DNA of 64,000 nucleotides, taken from contig JASCQW010000081.1 in assembly GCA_030264375.1 (NCBI GenBank), positions 92,243,768 through 92,307,767 on the forward strand, in the 5' to 3' direction. Shown piece after piece: positions 39,270-50,949 of this stretch; within the stretch, counting starts at the first letter, position 1; each line of letters starts with the position of its first letter. This DNA comes from Carcharhinus longimanus. Lineage: Eukaryota. The position numbers and the translations under genes were made by a program. The notes under the pieces were generated by a model that saw only the letters and a program-made list of their open reading frames with translations, was not told the origin of the DNA and did no database searches.

Positions 39270-40095
39270 GAGACACAAAGCTCCAAAAGAGGTCGCTCGG
39301 TCCATCGTGCCAAGCGCTGATCTATTCTAATCTCATTTTCCAGTACTTAGTCAGTAGCCTTAATGATATGGCGATTCAACTGCTCATATCATTTCCTCTT
39401 AAATTCTCCGAAGGCTCCTGCCTCTACCACTCTTTAAGCTAATGAGTTCCAGATTTCCACCACCCATTGAGTTAAAACTTTTTTCCCCTAAATCCTGCTC
39501 ATTAACTGAAAAATATGGCGCCTTGTTATTGAAACCTCTAGGTGGAATCATGTTTTTCCGTTTACCCTATCTATGTCCTTTATAATTTTGTACTCCTCAA
39601 TCATGTCCGTCTTCCCCCCCCCCGTTTCTGCCACGCCCCCCCCCCCCCCCCCGCAACGCCCCCCCTCCACATGCTCCGTCAGCCATCTTTGCTCTAAGGG
39701 AAAAAAACTCTAGCATAACCAGCCTCTCTTCATAATGAAAACGCTCCAGCATAGGCAACATCCTGCTAAATCTCCTCTATAGGGTTTCCACTGTGATTAA
39801 ATCCTTCCTATAGTATGACGTCCAGAAATGCACACAGTACGCGAGCTGTGAACTGACGCACATATTATAAAGCTTCATTATAACTCCCCTGCTCCTCTAT
39901 CCTATCTATGTCTTGGCTAATGAAGATAAATATCCCTTATGCTTTTTATCCATATTTCCTATCTGTCCTTCTGCTTTCAGGGATCTATGCACATGAACCC
40001 CGAAGTTCCTCTGATCCTATGTATTTCTGAACGTCCCACCGTTCCTTGCGTTTTTATCCTCCCAAAATGCATCATAGCACACTTTTCAGGTTTAG
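39270..40095 (-). mobile_element. CR1-type LINE 3' portion
   Basis: Antisense ccagaaatgcacacagtac (YCVHFW) and aggcaacatcctgctaaatct. Confidence 0.75.
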
Positions 40096-40699
40096 TGACG
40101 TTTCATTAACTAAATTACTCTCTCCAGGGATACTTCCAGACATTATAAGTTTTTTTACATTATGGCTTACATACCTGCTACAAAACTATCACATTCTGTA
40201 TCCATGAATGACCTCCTTCTGCACTGCAGGGATTCTATGATTCTGTTAAAAGAATGCTTTACTGAGCTGTCCTAAAACTATTACATTTATTATGCCTTGA
40301 TATTTTTATGCGTAACACAAGACGCAGCTCCTGTAATGCTGTTGGAATTCTGAATGGATTGGCAATTACGATTGTTGTTTGCACAGCTGATCTGATGTTG
40401 CATGACTTGCGAATGTGTTAACAAATTGTATTGCTTGTTATATAGTTGCTCTAAAGACATTAAACTTCTGAAGACATTGAAAGTATTTTTCCGACTGATA
40501 AATGTAATATAAATGGACGCAACTGCTTGATATTCTCTGAAGCACAGGAGGGATTATCAATGGACAAATGACGCTCGCTGTTGGGGTATAATGAGTGGGA
40601 TGAATGGACAAAGAAAATGAGTGGTGGATGAAATTTTGGTATAAAAATTGATGCTAAATTAAGTTAAATGAGACTTGGGGCATCGTGCTAGGTGGACTC

Positions 40700-40915
40700 A
40701 AGGACAAATTGTTCCACGAAGCCATCGGACTTTTGAATCGTATTCAAAACCTTGCATTAAGTTGTTCTTTCCCTACGTCCCAGCTATGACTGTAAAACTA
40801 TATTCGGCAACCACTCCCTTCTCTCTCTCTTTACGGTAAATTTTGTTTGCACAGCATGCAAGAAACAACATTTTCATTGCATGCTAATACATGTGAAAAT
40901 GATACAAACCAAATC
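40700..40915 (+). mobile_element. Rex/Babar-type 3' tail
   Basis: Homologous to 33990-34200 (ccagctatgactgtaaaactatattc...gcaagaaacaa). Confidence 0.6.
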
Positions 40916-40974
40916 AGAGTGTGGGTTGGAGCTGAATCTCAGGGAATCAGATTCGTGTTGGAGTTAATTTCCAT

Positions 40975-42290
40975 TACGTAAGAAATGAAGCAGGGATAAT
41001 CGTATAAATTACAGGCCGGTCAGTGTGATGTCTATGGTGGGAAAGTTTTGAAGAAGATACTGAGGGACGGGATATATGCACATTTGAAAGAAATTGAATA
41101 GCTAGTGACAGGCAGCATGGTTTTGTACGGGGACGATCATGTCTCACCAACTTGATGAGTTCTTTGAAGAGGTGTCAAAGATTATTGATGAGGGAAAGGC
41201 TGTGGATGTAGGTTATATGGATTTAGTAAGGCATTTGTCAAGGTCCCACATGGAAGACTGGCATAGAACTGAAATCACATGGGATCGGGGGTGGGCTGAC
41301 TAGATGAATACAGAACAGGCTTGGTCCTAGGTGACAGAGAGTAATGGAGATCTGTCACTAGTAGTATTCCGCGGGGATTATTGCTAGAATCTCTGTTGTT
41401 TGTAGTATATACAAGTATCTGGAAGAAAATGTTGGTGGTCTGATGAGGACACGAAGGTTGATGGAGTTGCTGATAGGGCTGAGGATTGCCAGAGGATGCA
41501 ACAAGATATCGATAGACTGGAGAATTGGGCACAAATGCATTTTGGAGGATCAAATTTCGGTGTGAAAATGTGAAGATACAGTGGGATCTGGGCTTCAGGT
41601 TCACATTTTCCTAAAAGGTGCAACACAAGTGTTCAAGGTGATTAAGAAGGCATATGCCATGCTTGCCTTCATTGGCCATGACATTGAGTATACGAGTTGG
41701 CAAATCGTGCTGCAGCTATGTAAAACCTTGGTTAGGTCCCATTTGGATTATTGCCAGCTGTTCTGGTCGCCACACTACCAGAAAGATGTATAAGCTTTGA
41801 AAAGAATGCAATGAATGTTCACCAGGATGTTGTCTGTTTTCGAGAGCGTTGACTATGAGGAGAGGTTGAATAAATTAGAATTGTTGTCACTGGAAAAACA
41901 GAGGTTAAGGGAAGACCTGATGGAGCTCTACAAAATTATTAGAGAGATTGATATGATGGATCGACAGAAGCACTTGCCCTGGATGGAAGTGCCAATTACA
42001 AGAGCATCTCCACTTCGTGATTACAAGGGAGCAAAGGTTCAAAATGAGTGGGAGAAGTTTAAGGACGATGCGTGGGGAAAGCTTTTCAAGCAGATTGGTG
42101 GATGCCTGGAATGTGCTATCTGAAGACAAGGAACATTAGCATCATCTAAGAGGAACCTGGATGTGTGTATGGAGAGGGGGGGAACAGAGAGATGCAGACT
42201 GAGTAAGGGCAGAAGTTTTATTGAGTTTAGTTAGAGCATCATGATCGGTGCGGGATGAAGGACTAAAAGTCGTTTACTTTGTTCTTGGTT
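40975..42290 (+). mobile_element. CR1 RT region to 3' end
   Basis: NYRPVSVMSMVGK, QHGFVRGRSCLTNL, KAVDVGYMD.SKAFVKVPH, LVRSHLDYCQLFWSPHYQKD. Confidence 0.88.
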
Positions 42291-42502
42291 ATTTGCTCAG
42301 CTTTGAAATTGTGAAAGTGTACTTTGAATAATTATTGCAGGAAATACATTACGACATATTTCATTTGACAATATTGCGCTCATTTAACGTTTCCACGTTT
42401 TTTTTCTTCGCACTTAGCTTGTAGAGATATTATTCTTATCGGAATGACAGTCCAATAAAATACACATGTATGTATGATAGAACCATTATATGTATATTTC
42501 AC

Positions 42503-42538
42503 CTAAAGTTTGTATGGTTTGTTTTAGCTTATTCATTT
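42503..42538 (-). CDS. Microexon, 36 nt, EMNKLKQTIQTL
   Basis: ttcttctttaatctttcag|AAATGAATAAGCTAAAACAAACCATACAAACTTTAG|gtgaaa. Confidence 0.87.
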
Positions 42539-43639
42539 CTGAAAGATTAAAGAAGAAACATTTGAGATTTTATACTGTCTTGCACATTTATCGATTGCCA
42601 TTAATTACAGTAAATTTAAGTGAAACAATTAACAGGAAAATTACGTGCATCATATTTTCATGGACTTTGTAATGATCAGCAGCGACCTTTTCCCAGGAAC
42701 TGATAATATGGACAATAGGCACCACATTCGTATTCTATTAACTTCAAGTCAGGTAAAATTATGTAACTTCCATTCTATGCCCGCAGTGAGCATTCACTTG
42801 ACTTGAAGCTTCAACAATGTTGAACAAGGCAACAATATCTGGCCAAAGTAGTTTGCTTCTTTAGGACTCCACACATAAAGATTTACTTTCTCAAATATGA
42901 GTTACAGAGGATTCAATTTTAAGGAGAATAGACGGGCATTTCCGTGGACAGAAACGACACTACAGGATAGTACGATGCCTACCTTGTTCTAGGATGAAGG
43001 ATGTCTCAGAGCTGTTACAGGGCATTTCTGAGGGGGAGGGTAAACAGCTTGTGGCTGTTGTACACATCGGGACAAATGACAAAAGTAAACAAATAGGTGA
43101 AGTCTGAAAAGCAGAATTGAGGGAGTTCACAATAAAATCAAGAAGGTTGTGATCTCAGGATCATTCCTTGTGCCATGTACTATTCAGTTTAAAAATATCA
43201 GGATGTATTGGATTGTTACGTGGCTCAGCATATTCGGGGATGGTTTCCGATTCCTGGTGTACTAGAGCCGATTCTGGAGAAGGTGGGAACAGTATAAGCT
43301 AAATCAGTTACACCTGGGAAGGGCCAGGGCCGATGTCTGAGCGCTTGCTAAAGTGGTTGGAAAGTGTTTAGATCAAAATGGCAGGGGAATGGGAACCTAT
43401 GCAAGGAATCAGAAGAGGAGGAATCAAGGGAAAAAACAAAGACAGAGAGGGAATAAGGAAAAGTGATTGGAAGAGAAAATAAGGGCTGGATTCAAAAAGT
43501 CCTTCACTGAAAAGTACTCGGAATATGGTAAGTAATGTTGACAAGACGAACTGAAAGGTTTAGCGCCATAATGCGTGGAGCATTGGCAATAAAGTGGATG
43601 ATTTAATCATGCGAATAAATGCAAATGGATATGATATTG

Positions 43640-44291
43640 GGAGCGGCACGGTGGCACGGTGGATAGCACTGCTGCCTCACAGGTCAGAAATCGGGTTAAA
43701 TTCTAACCTTGGGTTACTGCCTGTGTGGAGTTTGCACATTCTTCCCATGTCTGCATTGTTTTCCTCCGGGGGCTGTGGTTTCCTCCCACGGTTCAAAGAT
43801 GTGCGGGTTAGGTTGATTGGCTGTGCTAAAATTGCCTCTTAGTGTCCTGTAGGTTAGAGGGATTAGCGGGTAAATATGTAGGATATGGGGGTAGGTCCTG
43901 GGTGGGATGGTGGTGTTTCTTGATTTTCAGAAGGCTTTTGATAAGGTGCCACACAAGAGGTTGTTACAGAAGGTTAGGGGGCATGGAGTTGNNNNNNNNN
44001 NNNNNNNNNNNNNNNNNNNNNNNNNNNNNNNNNNNNNNNNNNNNNNNNNNNNNNNNNNNNNNNNNNNNNNNNNNNNNNNNNNNNNNNNNNNGGGGGCTGT
44101 GGTTTCCTCCCACGGTTCAAAGATGTGCGGGTTAGGCTGATTGGCTGTGCTAAAAAATTACCCCGGTGTCAGGGGAATTAGTGGGGTAAATATGTGGGGT
44201 TACGGGAATACGTCCTGGATGGGGTTATGGTCGGTGCGGACTCGATGGTCTGAATGGTCTCCTTCTGCACTGTTCGGGATTCTGTGATTCC
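43640..44291 (+). mobile_element. HE1-type SINE, partly duplicated across a gap
   Basis: Head gcggcacggtggcacggtggatagcactgctgcctcac; core repeated at 44092 after the 100-N gap. Confidence 0.8.
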
Positions 44292-44644
44292 ATAATATAG
44301 CCGCGATTAAAGAGACATAGCTGCAGGCTGACCACGGATGAAAACTGGACATCCAGGGATATTCAGTTTTAGGAAGAAAAGTAAAGAATGGCGGAGAAGT
44401 AGAATTGCTAGATAAAGGGGAAATTATACATAATGTTGAGGGAAGTTAGCTACGTCGATGTGGAATCGGTATAGCTAGAGCTAAGAAACACCAAGAAGCA
44501 CAAAATGTTTGCAGCGGTTGTATATAGATCCTGGATTGCTGTTGTGATGTTACAAACTACATTAAATTGGAAATTAGAGATGCATGTGATGAAGGAACAT
44601 CTTTAATAATGGGTCAATCTAACTTGCATATAGATATGGGGGCC

Positions 44645-44745
44645 ACTCATCTAACAAAGGGGCAAAACCCCCAAAGCTAGTGGCGTTTGCTACCAAAATT
44701 AAACCTGTTGGACTTTAACCTGGTGTTGTGAGACTACTTACTGTG
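44645..44745 (+). mobile_element. Penelope-like element end with decayed hammerhead
   Basis: ctaacaaaggggcaaaacccccaaagctagtggcgtttgctacc...aaacctgttggactttaacctggtgttgtgagactacttactgtg. Confidence 0.7.
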
Positions 44746-46264
44746 AACAACTGAATACATACCTTGGGTCTGTCTTAACAAAGGAGGATACACATAAATT
44801 ACTAGAAACATTGGGGAACACAGGGTGTAGATGATGGGTATTGAAGGAGATCATATGAGTGGAGAAATGGTGTTGGGTAAACTGATGGGGATGAAGGACA
44901 ATAAATCCCCAGGGTCTGATAACCTACATTTCAGTGTAATTATAGAAGCCACCCAAGAAATAATCGATGAATGGCTGGTCATGTTCTAAGAGTGTATATA
45001 CTCTGTAATAGTTCCAATAGATTAGAATGTAGCTAGTGGAAACCCAATATTTTTAAAAAGGAGCTAAATAGAAAACAGTGAATTATAGACCAGTAAGGCT
45101 GACGTCGGCATTGGGGAAAATTCTAGAATCTATATTAATGATTTTATCGAAAAACACTCAGAAAGCACTGACAGTTTCGGACAGAATTTAAGAAAAATAA
45201 ACATTGCTTGGCAAAGCTATTGAATTCCTTGAAGATGTAGCTGGTAGAGTTGATAAGTGGGAGACAGCGAATGTGGTTTATTTCGACCTTCTGAAGGCTT
45301 CTGATAAAATCCCATGTAAGAGATTTTAATTTCAAACTTCATTGGATTGAAGTTAATGCTTCAAGGTGGATAGAAAATTGGTTGGCAGATAGGATCCAAA
45401 GAGTAGGAAGATATGGGTACTTTCCGAAATGGCAGGCAGTACCTACTGGGGTGCTACAGAGATCAATGCTGGGACCCCAACTATACACGATATATATTAA
45501 TGATTTAGGCGAGGGAACTAAATGTAGTGTCTTCAAATTTGCAGATGACACAAACTGAGCTGTGCGGAGAATTTACAGATCTTTTAGCCTGATTTGAGCA
45601 AGTACAGTGATTAGCCAATACAGTATAACTTGAGTATGTGTGAGGTTATCCAGTTTGGGAGCAATAAAGGGAAGGAAGATTACGACCTGCAGGTCCTTAA
45701 ATTAGAAGAGGGGGGTGTGCAACAAATCCTATGTACCCTCATTCATCACCCACTGAAGTTAAGCATGTAGGTGTAGCAGGCAGTAAAAAAAGCATATGTT
45801 AATTTGGCCTTCGTAGTGCAGATTCAAATACAGGAAAGGGATTTCTTGATGCAATTATTCAGCGGCTTGGTGAGGTCACACCAGGAATATTGCGTGAAGT
45901 TTTGGCCTGTTTAGCTGAGGAAGTTTATTCTTGCTTTAAAGAGAATGTAAGACGGTTTACGAGACTCATTCCTGGGATGGCAAGACTGACAATATTGGGA
46001 TATTGAGTTAGTAAGAATTGCATTCACTAGAGTTCAGAATAATGAGGCTGGGGTGGGGTGGAGTGGGGTGGGGCGGGGTGCTGGAGTGGGGGAGGAAAGG
46101 AGGGGATGGGGTTGATGCTGGAGGGCCCTCATTGAAACAGATGAAATTTGATGAGATAGATGAAAACAACGACATTCCCACTGACGGGAGTGCCCAGTCT
46201 GCTGAGAATAAACGTAAACCATGTACGGCCGAGATGAGGATACAATTCTTTACCAGAGTTTGAG

Positions 46265-46570
46265 TTCACTTACTAGTGTCACAAGTAGGCTTACATGAAC
46301 ACCGCTACAAATTTATTGTGAAATCCCTGAGTCGCTGCACTCCACATCTTGTTCGCATACACTGAGGGAGAATTTTAGCGTGGCGAATACACCTAACCAG
46401 CACCTCTTTAGGACATTAGGAGGAAGCAAGAGCAGTCAGAGGAAACCCATGCATACACAGGGAGAACGTACAGCCTCCCCAAAGACCGTTACTCAAGCTA
46501 AGAATCGAGCGTGTGTCCCGAGCGCTGGGCAACAGCAAAGCTGTGTGACTGCAGTGACCACTATGTCACT
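46265..46570 (-). mobile_element. SINE, HE1-like head with alternative tail
   Basis: tagtgtcacaagtaggcttaca...gaggaaacccatgcatacacaggg. Confidence 0.78.
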
Positions 46571-47469
46571 GCGCCGTCGGTTGTCAGAATTTGCTACCAC
46601 AGAATGCAATGAAGTCACGCAATTGTATGTTTTCAGGAAGTATTCCGATATAGCACTTAGGGTGAAGGGGTTAAAGGATCTGGGGTGAAGGTGGGGTCAG
46701 GCATGATCATAATGAATGGCGAAGCAGCCTCGAAGGGTCGAATTGCCTCTTTTTCTCCTATAATCTATGTTTCTATTATCTCCGGAGTCTTGGCAATGAG
46801 AACGTTTTGATGAAATGCAGACCTCTTAAATGCATATTCACAGGTCATTATGGCATTGTTCTTTCGGTGAACCTGATGTGCAGACATGATTTTTGTGTTT
46901 CCTGCTTACAACACTGATTATGCTTTAAAAGCATTTTATCAGCCCTGATTCACTTTAGGAAGTATTGTGGCCTTGAAGAGTGAAGTAAAAATGCAAACCT
47001 TCCCTTTTCCGATTCCTAAGGTACAATATTTGAAACTATGTTGCATTGTTTACAGCCTCAACGTTGTATTGGACTGCAACTGACGTACAATAACGGGGCA
47101 CAACTTCACATGAAATGCAAAATCTTACTGAGAGTTTTTTGTATCTTTCCAATGGGTTCAATCTTTCATTATTTCCATTGAAACGGCATAGTTTTCGTGA
47201 GTTACGAATTGCAACTTGAAAATAGCATCTTATTTGCATTGATTTACATGTTTGGATGGTAAAGGCAACCAATAGCCTTCGTGGCAAATGCATTGAAAAT
47301 ACTGTCGATTTTTTATACAAACCCTTCCGCAAACAGTTTGGACGGCAAATAACCAACTTATATAAATTCCGCTGCCATATAAATTATAAATTGCAGATAT
47401 ATTTACCCTTGGCGTAACGCAAAGGCACGAGATTTTAACAATTAATTGTGATATTCTACTAATATATAC

Positions 47470-47496
47470 CTGCAGTTTTGTTCGAAAGTCGATTTT
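47470..47496 (-). CDS. Microexon, 27 nt, ENRLSNKTA
   Basis: tttgcattttgttttag|AAAATCGACTTTCGAACAAAACTGCAG|gtatat. Confidence 0.85.
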
Positions 47497-47913
47497 CTAA
47501 AACAAAATGCAAAATAACAAAATCTTAAATATGATAATCATTCTTGTTGTCATAAGAATTCGGCATCACTGGCAGGATCAACATTGATTGAAAGTCTCCA
47601 ATTGGCTCCTGATAGGTCAAATCATTTGCTTGTACAGTTGCAATTGATGGCGCGTGCTTAGACCCTTTATTGGAGGGGCGGGTGAAGGGGCGGGAGTTTC
47701 ATCCCAGTGACGTGTCCAATTGACTGTACATTCCACCGTACATGAATAGAACGAAATGCAACACGTAAAGATAATGCTTACTTATTACTTGATGACTGCA
47801 CAATTGAAATAGATCATTTGTCAATAGTAAACTATTGCTTTACAGAAGGCAAGTTCAGCAAAGAACGTCAAGCTTTAGAGGTATATAAATTAACGTTTGA
47901 TGAGCTTGCTCAC

Positions 47914-47949
47914 CTTTATCTTGCTGATTGAGAAGTGCAGCGTTCAATT
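47914..47949 (-). CDS. Microexon, 36 nt, ELNAALLNQQDK
   Basis: ctttttgttttgataatag|AATTGAACGCTGCACTTCTCAATCAGCAAGATAAAG|gtgagc. Confidence 0.85.
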
Positions 47950-48401
47950 CTATTATCAAAACAAAAAGAAGAGAGTTAAAACTGAAAAAAGAATCAGTTA
48001 ATGATGTCTTATAGCAAAGCGTCCAGAAACACATAAACAATATTTTAGATACATATCGGGTCTAATAGGGGAAGGTAAAACAGCACAAAATTAATTTGAT
48101 TTTACAAGAATATTATATTATTTATGAATTTAATGCTATTTCATTTTTAGAAGAAAGTCAAAACATTTGTTAAATGTCGAAACATCGTATTGAGTTTATA
48201 CAATTGATATGAACGATCTGGATTTTATTTGGTGCACAGGTTTCTGGAAAATGAATTAATCAAGATAAAAATATATGCAGCAATCTGCATGGAATAATGA
48301 CATTTCTACGCAATCACTTGCATAATCAGTAATTTTGCATGATATTAATAAGTTAAATGGCAAGCAAATGCATTCATCATTAATCAAAATCAATGAAGTA
48401 C

Positions 48402-48428
48402 CATTGTCTTTGGCAAGCAGTTGCTGCT
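48402..48428 (-). CDS. Microexon, 27 nt, (K/E)QQLLAKDN
   Basis: aattctttttcag|AGCAGCAACTGCTTGCCAAAGACAATG|gtactt. Confidence 0.78.
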
Positions 48429-49407
48429 CTGAAAAAGAATTTCAGAGATCAGTACACATGTTAACCATAACAGCATGCAGTAAAGTTTGTTATCAATCTA
48501 CAACACTTTTCATGACAGTGGCAACCCGAAAATCGATGGTGAAGGCGTCAGTGATGGCAATCCCAAGAGAATATTGTTAGTTTCTTTTTTCTTGGAGATC
48601 GCTATTTCTGGCTGTTGCATGGTATGAGTGACGCTTGAAACTAACCAGAGCAAATTAAACTTTTCCTGAGTATTTTTGCCTTCTTCAGTATTTGAACATT
48701 TAAGACTGATACTGAAAAAGTGCTATTATCACTGTATTCTACTTTTTAAATTTGGTATTGAAAAAGTGTTATCATCAGTGAACATCCTACTTTTGAAATT
48801 ATGTAAATGTTTTGTTATATTACATTGCTCTCCAAACCTCTGACAGTGATATCCTAATGCTGAAATTATTGAGTCCGAAGGATCACAACCAATTATCTTT
48901 GTGATAAGTATTAGTTTAAGCAATAACAATTTTCTCCAGCGTTTCGCTCTTACTTTCTACTGCTACATCAGGTAGAATGCAGTCTTGATGCCGATGAATG
49001 ACTCATCTCTGGAATTCAGTTGTGGCATGCGTTTGGATGTAATGTACTCTGGTAATGGATGGCCCTGATTCAACCCAAGTTTAGTGGTTGTGATCAATTT
49101 TTTGTTAAAGAAGTGAAGCTACAACCCAGATGTATTTGCTTGTTACGTGGTGAAAGCAGCGTACATAACAGAGTTAACCAATCCCACAACCAACGGTTCA
49201 GATCTCATTTTTGCAGTGCTGCTACACCCAGTTGCGAATGGTGATGGACAATTACACAACTAACTGAAGCAGTAGGATCCACAAATATCTCGATCGTCAA
49301 CCAAGGTGAACTGGTCACATCAGTGCAAAAGACAAGGCTGAATAACGTGCAACGATCTTCAGCCAGTCCTGCCAGATGCATGTTCAATCACTGACTTTTC
49401 CGAGATT

Positions 49408-49473
49408 CTGGTGTTGTCAGACTTCTTACTGTGTTTACCCCAGTCCAAACGCCGGCATATCCACATCATGACT
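49408..49473 (+). mobile_element. Short Penelope-like end with 14-bp target-site duplication
   Basis: acttttccgagatt (49394-49407) and acttttctgagatt (49474-49487). Confidence 0.75.
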
Positions 49474-49489
49474 ACTTTTCTGAGATTAT

Positions 49490-50400
49490 CAGCATCACAG
49501 GTGGACTTCGTGATCTAAGTTGATTCAAGAATTTTCAAGAAACTCCATAGGGCACTGGATTTACAAAGGCTATGGAATCCGACAACATTTCAACAATAGC
49601 ACTGGCGAATACTGACATCTACCTGTCAAAGTGCAAAGTTATCCAGATACGACCTGACACCAAAACGCCAGATAACATAAACTGGCTAATTAACGTTCCA
49701 TCAGACTATGTCCACATTCATTAGTGATGAAATTTATATTCGGCCGTGCTATGGTGCATGACAACTAAGCAGTCACCTATTTGCCGAAGCTTCCACAGCT
49801 CCTGACTTCAATACACCCTTGTTAAAAGCATGCACTCAACAGGTGAGGTGACATCAAAGCTACACTTGACAGATTGTGTGACCAAGGAACCCTAACAGAA
49901 CTGAAGTTCACTGGAATCATGGGAAAAGTTTTCCACTACTTTGAGTCATACCTAGAAAAGTCGTAGCTGGTTGTTAGTGTTGGCGATCATCCTCTCAGTC
50001 CCAGGGCTGCACTTCTCACTCTGATAGACAGCTTACCTATTCGCTCCTCCCATCACAAGTGTACAGTGAGTGTAATATTCATCACTTACGAAATTCATTC
50101 ACTGAGATTTCTGCAAAGACATTTCTCAAGTTCACTCCTTCGATTAACTAAGACAACCGTTGTAGGCTCTCGGGAACGCTACCACATCATACCTCCCCTC
50201 CAAGGCACAGTGTACCAAACTGACTTGCAAATATATCGTACCTTATTATTGCTGAATCAAAATGCTGGAAAACGCTCCTTGGTAGAAACAAGGAGTATTT
50301 TAAGAGCATTTATTGCGGCGGTTCAAGACGGTTGCTCAGATTAAAAGTTTCAAGGGCAATTGAGGAGGGGAAATAAATATTGAGCACTCAAGTGACACTT
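49490..50400 (+). mobile_element. Decayed LINE (same family as 36860-38800 and about 62150-63420)
   Basis: Remnants KAMESDNISTIAL and DIKATLDRL; tail caagggcaattgaggagggggaaataaat. Confidence 0.55.
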
Positions 50401-50620
50401 CCAAATAGTCAACTAATCCCCTTACAGCAGCATTGCCTGTTCACCGCTCCGTGCGGTGCCTTGATCCAATTATACCCAGGTCCTTATCTATGCTTCAGAT
50501 GAACTCTAAATTTCTGATTGCAGGTATGCATCATCACAAGTGAACAACACATATATACATTCAAGTGAAGTATCAGTTATCTAACGTACATTTTGACTTG
50601 GATGCTGCTTGGATACTAAC

Positions 50621-50647
50621 TTGTGACTTCACGAAGTTTTTGAAGTT
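50621..50647 (-). CDS. Microexon, 27 nt, ELQKLREVT
   Basis: ttatcttcttcatcag|AACTTCAAAAACTTCGTGAAGTCACAA|gttagt; the only exon ending in A rather than G. Confidence 0.75.
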
Positions 50648-50788
50648 CTGATGAAGAAGATAATTTCAATTAAGTTGCATGATCCATTCTCTGAATGTAG
50701 AGATAAAGAGCAACAAGCATATTGCCCAATATTAAATATAGCACATGAACAACAATTCCACCGATTGGAAAGAGATTAAAGGCATTAC

Positions 50789-50815
50789 CTGCCCTCAGTT
50801 GGATCAACCTCTCAT
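50789..50815 (-). CDS. Microexon, 27 nt, DERLIQLRA
   Basis: cattccattttgcag|ATGAGAGGTTGATCCAACTGAGGGCAG|gtaatg. Confidence 0.85.
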
Positions 50816-50949
50816 CTGCAAAATGGAATGTTTTATTGGAAAGTAATTGCCGATTTAGATAAATATTCAGAAAGAAAGGAAAACAGTCACCCAACAATGT
50901 TCGCTTTTCAGTTCAATCATTCGAATCAACTCATGTTCCGTAGCATTGA

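Larger units (their letters stand above)
42900..46780 (+). mobile_element. Decayed near-full-length CR1 (ORF1 esterase remnant and ORF2) with nested SINEs and a Penelope-like end
   Basis: ORF1-like DSILRRID...VVHIGTND near 42910-43080; NYRPVRLTSALGKILE near 45080; IYINDLGEGTKCSVFKFADDT near 45490; 3' tail near 46740-46770. Confidence 0.85.

Noticed and set aside
38949-42418. Additional in-frame candidates 38949-38966 (EKAHLK) and about 42397-42417 (AKCEEKK)
   Set aside because: Weak donors (gtgcac, gtggaa) and AAG acceptors; not supportable without RNA data.
43768-44160. Duplicated SINE core and abrupt SINE-to-CR1 RT junction
   Set aside because: Adjacent to a 100-N gap in high-copy repeats; likely misassembly.
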